64,000 nucleotides of DNA from Histomonas meleagridis 2922-C6/04-290x (Eukaryota; Protista; Parabasalia). Location of the stretch: contig JAANOX010000055.1 of NCBI GenBank assembly GCA_020184695.1, positions 62,001 to 126,000 on the forward strand, in the 5' to 3' direction. The notes under the pieces were generated by a model that was not told the origin of the DNA, did not search any database, and saw nothing but the letters and a program-made list of their open reading frames with translations. Below are positions 45,148-56,933 of the stretch, one piece after another (position 1 is the stretch's first letter; each line of letters begins with the position of its first letter). The position numbers and the translations under genes are program-made.

Positions 45148-45859
45148 ATGTTTTTTTTTCTTATTAATTTGTATTTATAATCAATTTTTTACTAAAAACT
45201 TATTTAGAAATACTTCTTATTCATTATGATATATGTAAAACATTGTTAATTATCTTAAATTGCAATTTAGTTTTATTTTATAATCCTAATAAAATATTCA
45301 TATATAATTTAGGGAAAAAAAATCATAAAAAACGTATATATTTATAATATTTACATATATTAATAGATATATTTTTATTTATTACAATTTTAAATTCTTT
45401 AATAATCCAATAAATTAATTTTTAATATTTTTATATCATTGTTGTAATCACTTTTTAAATGTAATTCAAATATTTGAGAAAATATTTTGTCGGTGAATGG
45501 GATTAAATTTTACAACGTTTGTGTTTTATTTATGATATATACAGATTTTTGGATTGATTTCAAACAAATTTTGAAACATACAGAAAGTCATTAATGGGTA
45601 TTAAAGTGAAGTGACTTGACGTCTTTTTGAATTCAGAAAAATCATCATATTTGTTCAAAGCCTTATAACATATGACTAACATATTATGAATTATGAAAAA
45701 GATTATTTCATTTAGATGATATATATTTATGAATATGTTTTAACAAGAAGTTTGATTATCAATAAAATAAATTTGAAGAATAGATAAATATCGATAAATA
45801 CTGATAAATATATTGTATATTTGATTCTATATTTTAAACTAAAACAAATATTCAAAAAT

Positions 45860-46250
45860 ATAAAATAAATATTCTCAACAGTAATCTCAATTTCTTCTTG
45901 ATCAAGAAGCATATTTACTTGTTTCATAAACATTAGAACTAAATATTTAAAACATTTAACTTAACCAAAAAATGCTGCATAATCAATGTAACATTATATC
46001 CATTAATATATTCATATCGTTCTTAAATTGATGGTTCAAAGTATTGATTAAAATCAAAGTTCGCTCGTTATTTCTTGAAGTTTTCTACTTAGTATCACTT
46101 CGAATTATTTTTAAGTTCTCATTCGGATTATGTACTTCATGGAAAAGTTTCTTATGAAGTGCAAAATCATTCTTTGAAAGTTCTTCAATGAAAAAGGAAA
46201 TCTAAAGTTTCTTAAATTAATTTATTTTCTATTTTATTTAAACAAAATAA
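45860..46250 (-). pseudogene. DUF3447-ankyrin gene remnant inside the long-TIR element
   Basis: Broken translation EELSKNDFALHKKL...KIIRSD...FDFNQYFEPSI...DYAAFFG..KCFKYL, then LLDQEEIEITVEN. Confidence 0.7.
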
Positions 46251-48330
46251 ATGCATAAAATATGATTTATTTGTATCATCATAATATTTATATTTTTGAA
46301 CAAGTTCAGCAAAAATTAAATTCCCTTCAGATAAGTGAGCAATAACGTAGTGAGAACCATTTGTACAATACATTGTATCATGCCCATTAAGAATTGTTTT
46401 GTTGGGCTTTATAAAATTTACATCAATGAGAACTTTTAAGCATAAAATTATTTTGAATAAGAATGATATTAATATTGTTTCAAGACATGAAGGTTTTGGA
46501 AAAAATCATATTCAAAATTAGAATATTTCAATAACATTTATAAAAACGAAGGTTATTTTGAAATATAATATTATAATTCAAACATAGCATTAATGAATAA
46601 CATTATACATAACACTAATGAATAACATTCAGTATTCATCAAAAATCTATCAAATTTTCATTTTCATGTTTTAATTTTTTTTTGATCTAGATATATACTG
46701 TCATATTGTATTGAATAATTGTGTCACTTTAATACCCATTAATGACTTTCTGTATGTTTCAAAATTTGTTTGAAATCAATCCAAAAATCTGTATATATCA
46801 TAAATAAAACACAAACGTTGTAAAATTTAATCCCATTCACCGACAAAATATTTTCTCAAATATTTGAATTACATTTAAAAAGTGATTACAACAATGATAT
46901 AAAATATTAAAATTAATTTATTGGATTATTAAAGAATTTAAAATTGTAATAAATAAAAATATATCTATTAATATATGTAAATATTATAAATATATACGTT
47001 TTTTATGATTTTTTTTCCCTAAATTATATATGAATATTTTATTAGGATTATAAAATAAAACTAAATTGCAATTTAAGATAATTAACAATGTTTTACATAT
47101 ATCATAATGAATAAGAAGTATTTCTAAATAAGTTTTTTAGTAAGAAATTGATTATAAATACAAATTAATAAGAAAAAAAAACAAAAAAACATTCTCCAAT
47201 ATCGGGATTCGAACCAATGGCATTTAACGTGCAAAAAAGGATTATACCGCCAAGCTATAAATTTCATTCAACAATAGGTTGAATATTAATATTTCTCTCT
47301 AACAGGTCCTCCTAAATTGAATAAAAAAATCTGCTTCCGTTTAAGATCTTTACATGTCCACTGGACGGTTAAGATATTCGATTGATGGTAATTGAATTCT
47401 CAAAAAAACATGTAACATATTAAATACCATTTATTTTTTTTATTTTTTTGTATATGCATTAGTTTAAAATTAATCTTATTTATTTTTTTCTTAATAAAAT
47501 CGTAAAAAATAATAAAAATCAATAGATTTCTATATGTAATATATTGATTAGATTTTAATTAAATAAATTGATTTGAGTATCAAACACCTTAATTTTATGA
47601 ATTTATTTTGGTTTAATAAAGTGACATAATAATCGAAATATGCAATAATTCTGAAAATCAATGTTTTTTAGAGGTAAAAATCGTTCATTTATTCAAACTC
47701 GTTCACTTGGACACAATTGAATTGATGTTAACTAGAAATAAACGGTTTCCATTTACACACCCCTAATTAATTAATTTTTAAACGTTTTTTTTAACAGAAA
47801 AGTGTTTATTTCTTTCGAATTATATGAATATTTTTTGGATGTTATATCATAGATATACAATTATAAACAAAGTTTTACTATATACTTGTATTGGCTACAT
47901 GATATTTAAAAAATCATTATTCATAATCAATTTTTAATAGAGATATTATTGTTTGTTTTATGGGAATCATCATTGTAAACACTTATTTTTTTTTGAATCA
48001 GTTTCAGAAAGTATTGAAATCATAAAATATAAAAAATCTAATTATCGTATCAACAACATAAAAATTTTCTCTATTCTCATATATATAACTCTACTATTAT
48101 CTGTATATAAATATATTATATTTAATTTGATATTAATTATAAATTGAACAAGAAATATTTATATATTCGTTTTCCAACCCACCGGGCACCCCAAATAACT
48201 GCTGCCAAAACTCCGTTCAAAAAAAACAACAAAAAAGTGCATGATTTTGCGGTTTGGATTGAATTTTTTTATCAAATTTTGAACACTGATCGAAAAATTG
48301 AACAATATTCAAATCATTTTCATTGACAAC

Positions 48331-48558
48331 ATGTCTTCGATGTGGCTCCAAGTTGAAAACTCAAATGAAAAAGAAACAGATATATACTTCGGCGTTTTTA
48401 ATTCAGATCCACGTTCAATCGGTAAGATGTTGAAAAGACCTTCCAATCCTTGCTTTGGATATAATTTAAATTCATTCCATACTTCCAGCTCTGATGATGA
48501 TTATGATCTTTCATCTTCTAACAGTGAAGAAATCGAAATTTCTCCATTCTTTTACTGA
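48331..48558 (+). CDS. Small acidic hypothetical protein
   Basis: 75 aa from ATG 48331 with a Ser/Asp-rich tail; GC above the intergenic level. Confidence 0.4.
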   Translation: MSSMWLQVENSNEKETDIYFGVFNSDPRSIGKMLKRPSNPCFGYNLNSFHTSSSDDDYDLSSSNSEEIEISPFFY

Positions 48559-48820
48559 TTTTTATGTTGTTCAGATGTTTGAATAAACTTTAATATGTAA
48601 TTACTTACATATCCCAATACTTTACTTTGGGATTCTTTTATTAATATTTGTATCAAAATACTCTTATTTTTTGAAAAAAATTCTAATGATAAGTTATTAG
48701 ATTATTATTAACTTAAATTTTGTTGTTGGATTGCAATAAGAGTAAAGCTTTGCTATATTAATGAGAATGGTGTTGTGGTTTTTGTTGTTTGGTTTCTTCC
48801 ATAGCCCGTTAAAAACAGTT

Positions 48821-50251
48821 ATGGATGACAAAAGCGAAATTTTGCAAGAAATCCAACTAATAAACCTATTATTTGAGTTGGAGACCGAAAGCTGTGCAGA
48901 TGTGTTTAGGCAAATATTGGTGTTTTGCGATTTAAAAAATGTTTCAACAATCTCCATGATTGCATGCAATATTTACCACGCTGTATACGCTAGAAATTAC
49001 TTACTTTCTCAGTTAATAGAACTAACAAAAATGATTCTTTCCGAAATTTCCGATGATCTCAAAGAAATATTCCAAGATTCTCTCTATATACCAATTCTTA
49101 TTGAAGACAAAGATTATGTCTCATACACACCATATGAGTCTGTGTTTCTTTACGGGTTTCTGTGTTATTCCGGAATAATTGACATCGAAATTGATTTTGA
49201 ATACATTAAACATTTTTTAAATACGCACGAACTTCATCAAGATGACTTTCTAGAGACGTTCAAACCCTTTTTATGGAGTACTTCAGGACTTTTAAAGGAA
49301 AAACATCCAAAATTTTTTGACTATGTTATGGAACTTCTTGAAGCAAAAGACAAAATTGTGTACGAACAAATTAATACATATATTGATCTTAATATAAGTC
49401 CTTATCAACTGGTTCCTAGTAAGCAACCTCATGAAATCTCGACAAAATTTTCGACTGATTATTATTTGCATCATATCATTTCATGTGATAACGTTGATTT
49501 ACTTCAAGAATTTTGTTCCAATCCAAACATTGATATTAACCTGCGTTTAAATGAATCATTTGGTAATCCATCCGAAATACTATTATATCATCCGACACTT
49601 ATCGATGTTTCTGCATATTATGCGTCTATCAAATGTTTTAAATTTTTATATTTAAATAATGCGAGCTTAAATCTTCTTGATGACGATGATAATACTTTAG
49701 CGACTTTTGCTGTCATTGGAGGTAATCTCGAAATAGTGAAAATTTGTCTTTCGAATAAAGTCGATTTTGCAGATGCAGCATTTGCTGCAATTTCTTATCA
49801 TCGAAACCAAATATTTTATTGGCTTCTTGATGAGGGATTTGTTTCATTAAGTCAAAAATCGGTAAATAATTTGACATTAATGCATTCGGCTGCAGAATCA
49901 AATAATTTGGAAATTGCGCAATTTTTGATTTCAAATGGTTTTAAGTTACAAATAGATGAAAATGAAGTCGAAGATTTGTTTTCTCCTTTTCATTTGTCTT
50001 GTGTTTATGATTGTATAAATATTGTGAAATTATTTTGTGTAAATTTCGAAATTCCAAAAAACACTTGGAAACAATGTATAACTATTAGTATCAAAACTAA
50101 AACAATCGAATTGTTTAAATATTTATTTGATTTGTACATAAAAAAATTCGGATTTGAAGAAATTAATTTCTTTGAATCAATTGCTGATAAAGTAGGAAAT
50201 GAAGAAATATCACAAATAATTAAAATAAAATCTACAGAAAAACCTTTGTAA
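48821..50251 (+). CDS. DUF3447-ankyrin protein (divergent, uninterrupted)
   Basis: IDVSAYYASIKCFKFL, AVIGGNLEIV, AISYHRNQIF, NLTLMHSAAESNNLEI in one open frame. Confidence 0.85.
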   Translation: MDDKSEILQEIQLINLLFELETESCADVFRQILVFCDLKNVSTISMIACNIYHAVYARNYLLSQLIELTKMILSEISDDLKEIFQDSLYIPILIEDKDYVSYTPYESVFLYGFLCYSGIIDIEIDFEYIKHFLNTHELHQDDFLETFKPFLWSTSGLLKEKHPKFFDYVMELLEAKDKIVYEQINTYIDLNISPYQLVPSKQPHEISTKFSTDYYLHHIISCDNVDLLQEFCSNPNIDINLRLNESFGNPSEILLYHPTLIDVSAYYASIKCFKFLYLNNASLNLLDDDDNTLATFAVIGGNLEIVKICLSNKVDFADAAFAAISYHRNQIFYWLLDEGFVSLSQKSVNNLTLMHSAAESNNLEIAQFLISNGFKLQIDENEVEDLFSPFHLSCVYDCINIVKLFCVNFEIPKNTWKQCITISIKTKTIELFKYLFDLYIKKFGFEEINFFESIADKVGNEEISQIIKIKSTEKPL

Positions 50252-50323
50252 TTATTTGATTTAATAAAATTTCATTAAAAATTTGGTTTTCTTTTTTTGA
50301 CCTTTACATTTTGGGGTGCTCCA

Positions 50324-50365
50324 AACGGTTTTGACTACGAAATGGCGGTTATGGTCGATCCTTTT
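50324..50365 (+). promoter_or_regulatory. Ribosomal-protein core promoter (AACGGTT Myb-like element + GTTATGGTCGA + CCTTT)
   Basis: The same motif set precedes RPL21; it matches the M3/M5-type core promoter elements described for Trichomonas vaginalis ribosomal-protein genes. Confidence 0.6.
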
Positions 50366-50370
50366 GGAAA

Positions 50371-51127
50371 ATGGGTAAAGCTCAGCAAAAGGGTAAGGCC
50401 TCAAAGAAGATCAAGCAGGATACTTTCCTCAAGAAGGAATGGCGTCACGTATTCGTCCCAGGATTCTTCTCAAAACGCGATATCGGATTCACAGTTTCAC
50501 ACAATAGTGCTCGTGGTAAGACACCAGCCGATTATCTCAACAACCGTGTTTTCGAACTCTCCCATGGTGACCTTGTTGATGAACAATCACATGCATACCG
50601 TCTCTTCAGCTGGAAATCAGTTGATGTTCAAAACAACGATGTCTTAACAGTTTTTGCCGGAATGAGACTTACCAACGATAAGCTTTCTTCACTTCTTCGT
50701 AAGTATCGTACACTTATCAACGCACAAGTTGATGTTCGTACAGCTGATGGATATATCTTTTCGTGCATTCAGCATTGGCTTCACCAAGAAATTAAATCCA
50801 AACAAGAAAGCATGCTATGCACAACAATCCAAGAAGCGTGAAATCAGAGATGCTTGCATTGCCATCATGAAGGAAACAATTGAAAAGTCCACAATCCCAG
50901 AATTGTGTCAAACAATTGTTAACGAAACAATTGAAAAGGCCATTGTTGAAAAATGCAAGACCATCATGCAAGTTGATAATGTTTATGTCACAAAGATCAA
51001 AGTTATTAAGGCACCAACATTCAGCGGCGAAGAACTTAAGAAACTCCACCAAGGACGCGCTGTCACAAAAGCTGCAGAAGTTGCACGCCCGGTTGAAGAA
51101 GAAGCTAAAACCGAAGAAACTAAGTAA
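50371..51127 (+). CDS. RPS3A: 40S ribosomal protein S3a/eS1 (extra T at 50758-50761, probable sequencing error)
   Basis: DTFLKKEWRHVFVPGFF...NRVFELSHGDL...GMRLTNDKLSSL and FSIGFTKK...CYAQQS...IR in adjacent frames. Confidence 0.95.
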
Positions 51128-51375
51128 AATGCACATAGCAAATTTTGAAATTTATGGAAAATGAAATATAATTATAACAAAAAAAAATAAATTTTTTTTT
51201 GACATCTGAAAAAAATTCTTTTTGTTGATATCTTTCATATTTATATTTTATTAATTTGTCTCTAAACACCCTCTATAAGCTCAATTAAGTCATTTTAAAC
51301 TATGATTAATTTTCTTTATGAAGTTTCTGATAGACGATGAATTTTTGAATGGATTTTGATACGTAATGCTCAGAA

Positions 51376-53316
51376 TTAGTTATCGTAATTTGACATATGT
51401 TTTTTATACCATTTTAGAATAGTATTGAAGTCTTGTGGTTCTATAATATCATCTTCACTTTTGTGCACGAAGTCCATTATTGCTTTTAATGTTGAGTAAT
51501 CTAAAACGCCATTTATCAAGAATCCTTCATGTAATTTTCCCAGAACTAGGAGAGCATTCTGTATTTCCACTATTCCATCTACCATTGAAATCTCTTCTCC
51601 TTTAGTGAAATATTTCCATGTATTACTGATTTCCTCATAATGTAATTTTTCGTCAGATAAGGAAATGGGGTGCCCTATGGGGTACTCCAATTTACACTTG
51701 TGAATCTTCATTATCGAGGAAAGACGAGCAATCTTCCCAATGTTCTTATTAAATTTGCCATCGTTTACAAGAATCATTTGGTTTTTTTGAATGAATTTGT
51801 CACTAAGTTGCAAAAATGAACCAAAGTAAGCAGGAATAACTTCAAATGAAGAAATCCGTGAATCATGAATGAAAACCTGATTAGATTCTATTGTAAAACG
51901 ATTACACTCAGCAACGTCTTCTTCGTTACCAGTATATTTGAGCATTGCCGGGAAAAAATCATAATACATTTTGGAAAACGTTGGAAATGAGTAAACAGAA
52001 AAGCCATATAGGTTTATGGTATCGTGTGTTTTTAGCGTGGCGGAGAGGTGTTTGGGGATTTCTGTAAATGGAAATACAATATAATTTTCAGTTTGTAAGA
52101 TACTACATTGGACTTTATTTATGATCACTTCTAAGCGCATAAGTATACATCCAAATTTTGTTTCCATAAGTCCTTGATCAAGAAAATTTGAAATATATTT
52201 TTGAAGTTTTGGAAGATTACTGATTTTTGCACAACAAATAAAATACGTAAAAATAGGGATGGTTTCGTCTGCACCTAAATTTGTTCCATCCGAAAAACTT
52301 GAGTTTAGCCATCTATCAACATTTGAAATAATACACATCATTGAGGTTGGAGAAGGCTGCAAAGGGATCCTTTTAAGTTCTAGAACGAAATGTCTTATTA
52401 TAGGAAGTTTCTCTGGTTCCAATTCAAGATCATACTTAGTGGAAAGTCGGTTTTCTATCGGTCTAACGTGCTCCTCTGAAAAATCATATCGTTCTCTATC
52501 GTTATGGTTATTTTGAAGTTTGTTGATGAGATCTTCATCAACACCACAGGAAGAAGTAGCAATACTCGCATGATACTTACATCTTTCGACGAACCTAAGA
52601 TTTTCAAAAACGTCAAATTGGAATCCCATCATTTTTTTATGAGCAATTATTGAAATAAGGCGTTCAGCAAGAATGTATTTCATGCCTCGGACTGCACACT
52701 CAGCACTTTGTACTACATCAAAAAAACGTACTTTGGATTTGTAATTTTCAAATGACATGTTTTTGAAAAGATTGTTTTTAAAGATTGTTTGAATCACTTG
52801 TTGATGAGATTCGGGAGAATAACTTTGATAAATTTTTAAAAAACTCTTAAAAAAACTCTTATTTGATAAAAGTTCGTATTCTAATTCATAAGGAAACATG
52901 AAATCAATCATTGGTAATAGGACATAAAAATCATTGGTAACATTACCATTCGAATCTTTAGCATAATTTTGAAATTTCGAAAAAACAGTGTCATCTAGTT
53001 CTGATTGGCTTTGAAACAACTGTCCAAGATAATTTTTAAATTCATTAGATGAAATTATTTCAAAATGATATTTCAAAAATATTCCAATCGAAATGGTTTG
53101 GGACTTACTCTTTGATTTAAAGCAATTGTAATAATATAAAAGTAAATCATGTAAATGGGATTTAACGTTTCCATATTTCACATATTTGTCATGCTCGGAC
53201 TTATCTGTTCCTGGGTAATTTCCAATAACTTTAATTTCTTTTTCTAGTATATCAAGTTCCTTTTCTAGAGAAGTTATTCTATAATGGAGTGCATCGAGGA
53301 TTAATTCTACCTCCAT
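51376..53316 (-). CDS. VPS9-domain-containing protein
   Basis: ELKRIPLQPSP...LGADETIPIFTYFIC...YISNF...ETKFGCILMRLE resembles the VPS9 GEF core. Confidence 0.7.
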   Translation of the reverse strand: MEVELILDALHYRITSLEKELDILEKEIKVIGNYPGTDKSEHDKYVKYGNVKSHLHDLLLYYYNCFKSKSKSQTISIGIFLKYHFEIISSNEFKNYLGQLFQSQSELDDTVFSKFQNYAKDSNGNVTNDFYVLLPMIDFMFPYELEYELLSNKSFFKSFLKIYQSYSPESHQQVIQTIFKNNLFKNMSFENYKSKVRFFDVVQSAECAVRGMKYILAERLISIIAHKKMMGFQFDVFENLRFVERCKYHASIATSSCGVDEDLINKLQNNHNDRERYDFSEEHVRPIENRLSTKYDLELEPEKLPIIRHFVLELKRIPLQPSPTSMMCIISNVDRWLNSSFSDGTNLGADETIPIFTYFICCAKISNLPKLQKYISNFLDQGLMETKFGCILMRLEVIINKVQCSILQTENYIVFPFTEIPKHLSATLKTHDTINLYGFSVYSFPTFSKMYYDFFPAMLKYTGNEEDVAECNRFTIESNQVFIHDSRISSFEVIPAYFGSFLQLSDKFIQKNQMILVNDGKFNKNIGKIARLSSIMKIHKCKLEYPIGHPISLSDEKLHYEEISNTWKYFTKGEEISMVDGIVEIQNALLVLGKLHEGFLINGVLDYSTLKAIMDFVHKSEDDIIEPQDFNTILKWYKKHMSNYDN

Positions 53317-53443
53317 TTAAAGATATTGAATACTTTACATCTTACATTTTTTTGAATAATTTACTTAAAAAAATGCCTCTATGAAATCATGCAATTTAAA
53401 AAAAAACAAAATGATTCATTATACAATTTTATATATAAATCTA

Positions 53444-54892
53444 TTATTTCTTTCTCTTAGGGCGTGGCTTTAATAATGGCCTTTTTACATTTGCATTCAG
53501 GATTCCATTCATTCGCGAACTTCTTGCCCATTTAAACTTCTTAATAGCAGGTACACCAATTATTGTAAGAATAATAAGAATGATTCCGCCAACTAATTGA
53601 GAAAATGTAATCATATTAAGATTATCTCTTAAATATCTACAGAATAAAAAATATTCTCCTTTAATTTCTTCTTTTGTATATTTACATTGATGAAGATCTT
53701 CGAAAAGAATTAATAATTGAGAAGAATTATATGCTTTGTCATATAATTTTAAAAAATTATTATTTTTAGCTAATTTAAAATAATATTTATCTGTAATATT
53801 AAACCAAAAAGCAGGTGAATCATAAGAATTTGGAACAATGAGTTTTAATTTTTCGTTGAATTTGTTAACTGCATATACAGCTTCAATTACATAATGATCT
53901 TCAATTTCATAAAGAATAGGAGAATTTAGGCATGGCGCAAAGAATTGAAGCCTCATTGGAATTATTTCGGTTGAAGTTTCTTCAATATAATATGAAATTT
54001 CATTACAATATTCACTCGTACTTTTGCTTCCTGCAAAATGAATACCGCATGAGAAAAATATTAAAAGTCCTGTTATTACATTTAAAATAACCATGATTAA
54101 CATGATATTTCCTCTACTAATATTTCCTGCAGCAATTCCTAAAGAACATGAGATAGAAGCAAGTATTAAATTCAATAATATAAGCCACATTCGTATGCTT
54201 TCATATTTATCTGTATATTGACTCATTAATTTTGATTGAGAATTTGCACGACCTATGGAATAATTTAAATCTTTTATAAAATCATCTCTGTTTTGATTAT
54301 AAATAGTGCTAGCTGTTTGAATAGGAAATGATTCAATTAATTTTGTTGTATTTTCTTCAATTTTCTTTCCTATTGTGGAAAATGTTTTTACAAGTTTTTT
54401 GAGAGATCTATGAGCATCACGATTTGAGAAATATCCATGAATAAGGATTCCTTCTAAGAAAAATGAAAATATAACAATTGATAATCTAGTAGAATTGATA
54501 GATGATTGTAAATATCCTAATCGTGGTAATGAAGTTCCTCCACATCGCCCACAATAATAGCGACATGTTAAAAACAATGATACCCATATAGCAAATATAA
54601 CTCCAATCATTCCAAAAAGAATAATAAACATTTCACATGAACCTAAATATTCTCCATTTTCAGGATCAAAATCTTGATCAATAAGAACAAACTTTTTTGT
54701 AACTCTTGGCGTTTCATCAATGATTTTTCCTACAATTTTTTTTAAAAATTTATTAGGACTAACTTTCCATGTTTCGCCATGCCTATCAGTGTATATAATG
54801 TTTAATGATGAATTATTTCTAAGGACATATGTCCAAAGCAACCCAAATGATACAAAAATAATAAATGAAACAAACAGACGATGTTTGATCAT
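53444..54892 (-). CDS. Multi-pass membrane protein, Tweety-like topology
   Basis: Five to six TM segments with two large loops; Cys-rich cytosolic juxtamembrane segment; SEYC motif after the TM pair. Confidence 0.55.
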   Translation of the reverse strand: MIKHRLFVSFIIFVSFGLLWTYVLRNNSSLNIIYTDRHGETWKVSPNKFLKKIVGKIIDETPRVTKKFVLIDQDFDPENGEYLGSCEMFIILFGMIGVIFAIWVSLFLTCRYYCGRCGGTSLPRLGYLQSSINSTRLSIVIFSFFLEGILIHGYFSNRDAHRSLKKLVKTFSTIGKKIEENTTKLIESFPIQTASTIYNQNRDDFIKDLNYSIGRANSQSKLMSQYTDKYESIRMWLILLNLILASISCSLGIAAGNISRGNIMLIMVILNVITGLLIFFSCGIHFAGSKSTSEYCNEISYYIEETSTEIIPMRLQFFAPCLNSPILYEIEDHYVIEAVYAVNKFNEKLKLIVPNSYDSPAFWFNITDKYYFKLAKNNNFLKLYDKAYNSSQLLILFEDLHQCKYTKEEIKGEYFLFCRYLRDNLNMITFSQLVGGIILIILTIIGVPAIKKFKWARSSRMNGILNANVKRPLLKPRPKRKK

Positions 54893-55400
54893 TACTCTCG
54901 TCTTTAAGTTTCAAAAAACGATTAGTAAAAATTTTATCAAATGTAATTTTTTATTAAAAAAACCATACTTGTTTCAATATAATTTCAACAATAACTTAAA
55001 AATTAATATTAATATTTCTGAAAATAATTAATTTTTCATTTTAAATCTAACCTAAGATTTTATGTTTAATATTCATCAAAAAATTATTAACTTAAAAGTA
55101 ACGATGTTACAAATGCGCGCGCTTTTAAGCATAATTATTATAATGGAAATCTGACTTGACTAGTCAAAAAAAAAATAAAATAAAATAAAATAATTCATGT
55201 TACTATTGAAGGTTATAGTCAATATTGAGGTATAATTAATAAATCTACGTTTAAATTTTATCAAATTATAAGAAGATTTGATGGAAAACTTACAGGGGAT
55301 TGGATTTCAAGAGTTAATGATAACGTGTTAAAGTAAATTGCATTAATACAATATAAAAAAGAGATAAACTTATTTCTTTTCATTGGCAAATAGAACTTTA

Positions 55401-55441
55401 AACGGCTTCAACGGTTATTGGGGAGTTATGGTCGACCTTTT
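55401..55441 (+). promoter_or_regulatory. Ribosomal-protein core promoter (AACGGTT + GTTATGGTCGA + CCTTT)
   Basis: Shared with the RPS3A upstream region; immediately 5' of ATG 55446. Confidence 0.6.
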
Positions 55442-55445
55442 CTGA

Positions 55446-55931
55446 ATGGGTCATACAGCAGGTCTTCGTTGGGGAACACGCTATCTTTTCGCTCGTAAGT
55501 TTAGGAAACATGGAATGCCAGCTCCATCACAACAACTTCGCACATTTAGAATTGGCGATATTGTTGATGTTCATGTAAACTCAGCAGTTATGAAGGGTAT
55601 GCCTCATCGTCTCTACAACGGCCGCACAGGAACAGTTTGGAATGTTTCTCCACATGCTGTCGGTCTTTTAATTTATCGTCGTGTTAATAATCATATTGCT
55701 CCAAAGCGTATTTACGTTCGCACAGAGCACATCCAACATTCAAAGTGTAGGGATGATTTCAAGAACCGTGTTGCACAAACACAAAAGCTTAAGAAAGAAG
55801 CCAAAGAAAAGGGAATCAAACTTGATAAATCAGCCCTTAAGCGTCTTCCAGCTCAACCAAAGGAAGCTCATGTAGTGAAGCCAGAAGTTATCAAGGCTGT
55901 TTGCTTCACACCATTCCGCGAAACATGGTAA
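55446..55931 (+). CDS. RPL21: 60S ribosomal protein L21e
   Basis: GTRYLFARKFRKHG...FRIGDIVDV...KGMPHRLYNGRTGTVWNV. Confidence 0.97.
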   Translation: MGHTAGLRWGTRYLFARKFRKHGMPAPSQQLRTFRIGDIVDVHVNSAVMKGMPHRLYNGRTGTVWNVSPHAVGLLIYRRVNNHIAPKRIYVRTEHIQHSKCRDDFKNRVAQTQKLKKEAKEKGIKLDKSALKRLPAQPKEAHVVKPEVIKAVCFTPFRETW

Positions 55932-56273
55932 AACATATTTTTTTCATTGTCATTTTAATCATGTTATTCATTTTGCAACAGTATTTTTGGTATTGTATTA
56001 TAAAAAGAGTTTCTTGGGTGAAAAATGATCATTTTCTATATTTGATCAAATGAAAAAAATTCAAAACAAGTTTGAAGTATCTGAGTTAGATCAACCTGTT
56101 TTTTTTTGAGGTGCTAAATTAGATTCATTTGAAATAGTTCAGGAGTTTAAAAAAAAAAAAATTGTTTATTACAGTTATTAGGGTGTTCTATCGTCTCATT
56201 TCAACCCAAACCGTCATTAATTTGGAAAAAGTCGATTTTATATAGTTTACATTGTAATATACATATTTTTAAA

Positions 56274-56813
56274 ATGAACATTTTTGTTCGTTTTTGGAGG
56301 TGGCTTTTAAGCCTCTTTTGGAAGAAACAAATGTCAATTACAATAGTTGGACTTTCTAATGCAGGAAAGACGACACTGATTAAAGCTTTAATTGGGGAAT
56401 CAACAGAAGAAACAGTTCCAACAATTGGTGTGGAACAAACAAATTTCACAAAAGGTGGTGTTGAAATAAGCGCCTGGGACATTGGCGGCCACAAGCAATT
56501 CCAATTTTTATGGGGATCATATTGCCAAAATTCAAATGCCATTCTTTATGTTCTCGATGCTGCAGATGACGCAGCAATTGAAGAAAGTGCAACAAAGATT
56601 AGTGAGTTGGTAAGCAACAAAGCAATTGATTCTATTCCGATTCTTATTTGTGGGAACAAAATAGATCTTCCAGAGGCTTTGAATGCTGACCAATTGATTT
56701 CTAGGCTTCGCTTACCTGAAATTGAAGGTCACGATATTGCATTGTTCACAATTTCTGCTAAAGAGCAAACAAATCTTGATTCGGTTGTCAAATGGCTTAT
56801 TGATCATGCATAA
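56274..56813 (+). CDS. ARL8: ARF-like small GTPase, Arl8 subfamily
   Basis: GLSNAGKTT, WDIGGH, GNKID, ISAK; Arl8-like N-terminus WLLSLFWKKQMSITIVG. Confidence 0.88.
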   Translation: MNIFVRFWRWLLSLFWKKQMSITIVGLSNAGKTTLIKALIGESTEETVPTIGVEQTNFTKGGVEISAWDIGGHKQFQFLWGSYCQNSNAILYVLDAADDAAIEESATKISELVSNKAIDSIPILICGNKIDLPEALNADQLISRLRLPEIEGHDIALFTISAKEQTNLDSVVKWLIDHA

Positions 56814-56933
56814 ACTTTTTCTTATTTAAGGGTTTTGCTTTTATTGATGATGTTTAAAAGATTTTTTTTTATTTTTATGAATGACTTGGAAAAGTGTCAC
56901 TGAATACGTTAGTGATTTTTAAACGTGCTTTAG

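Larger units (their letters stand above)
45002..47338. mobile_element. Non-autonomous DNA transposon with ~610-bp terminal inverted repeats and 8-bp TSD, carrying a DUF3447 gene fragment
   Basis: Arms 45002-45609 and 46724-47338 are near-perfect reverse complements starting GGAAGCAGATT; GTTTAAGA is duplicated at 44994-45001 and 47339-47346. Confidence 0.85.

Noticed and set aside
50758-50761. Frameshift in RPS3A
   Set aside because: Extra T in a T run; most likely a sequencing error.
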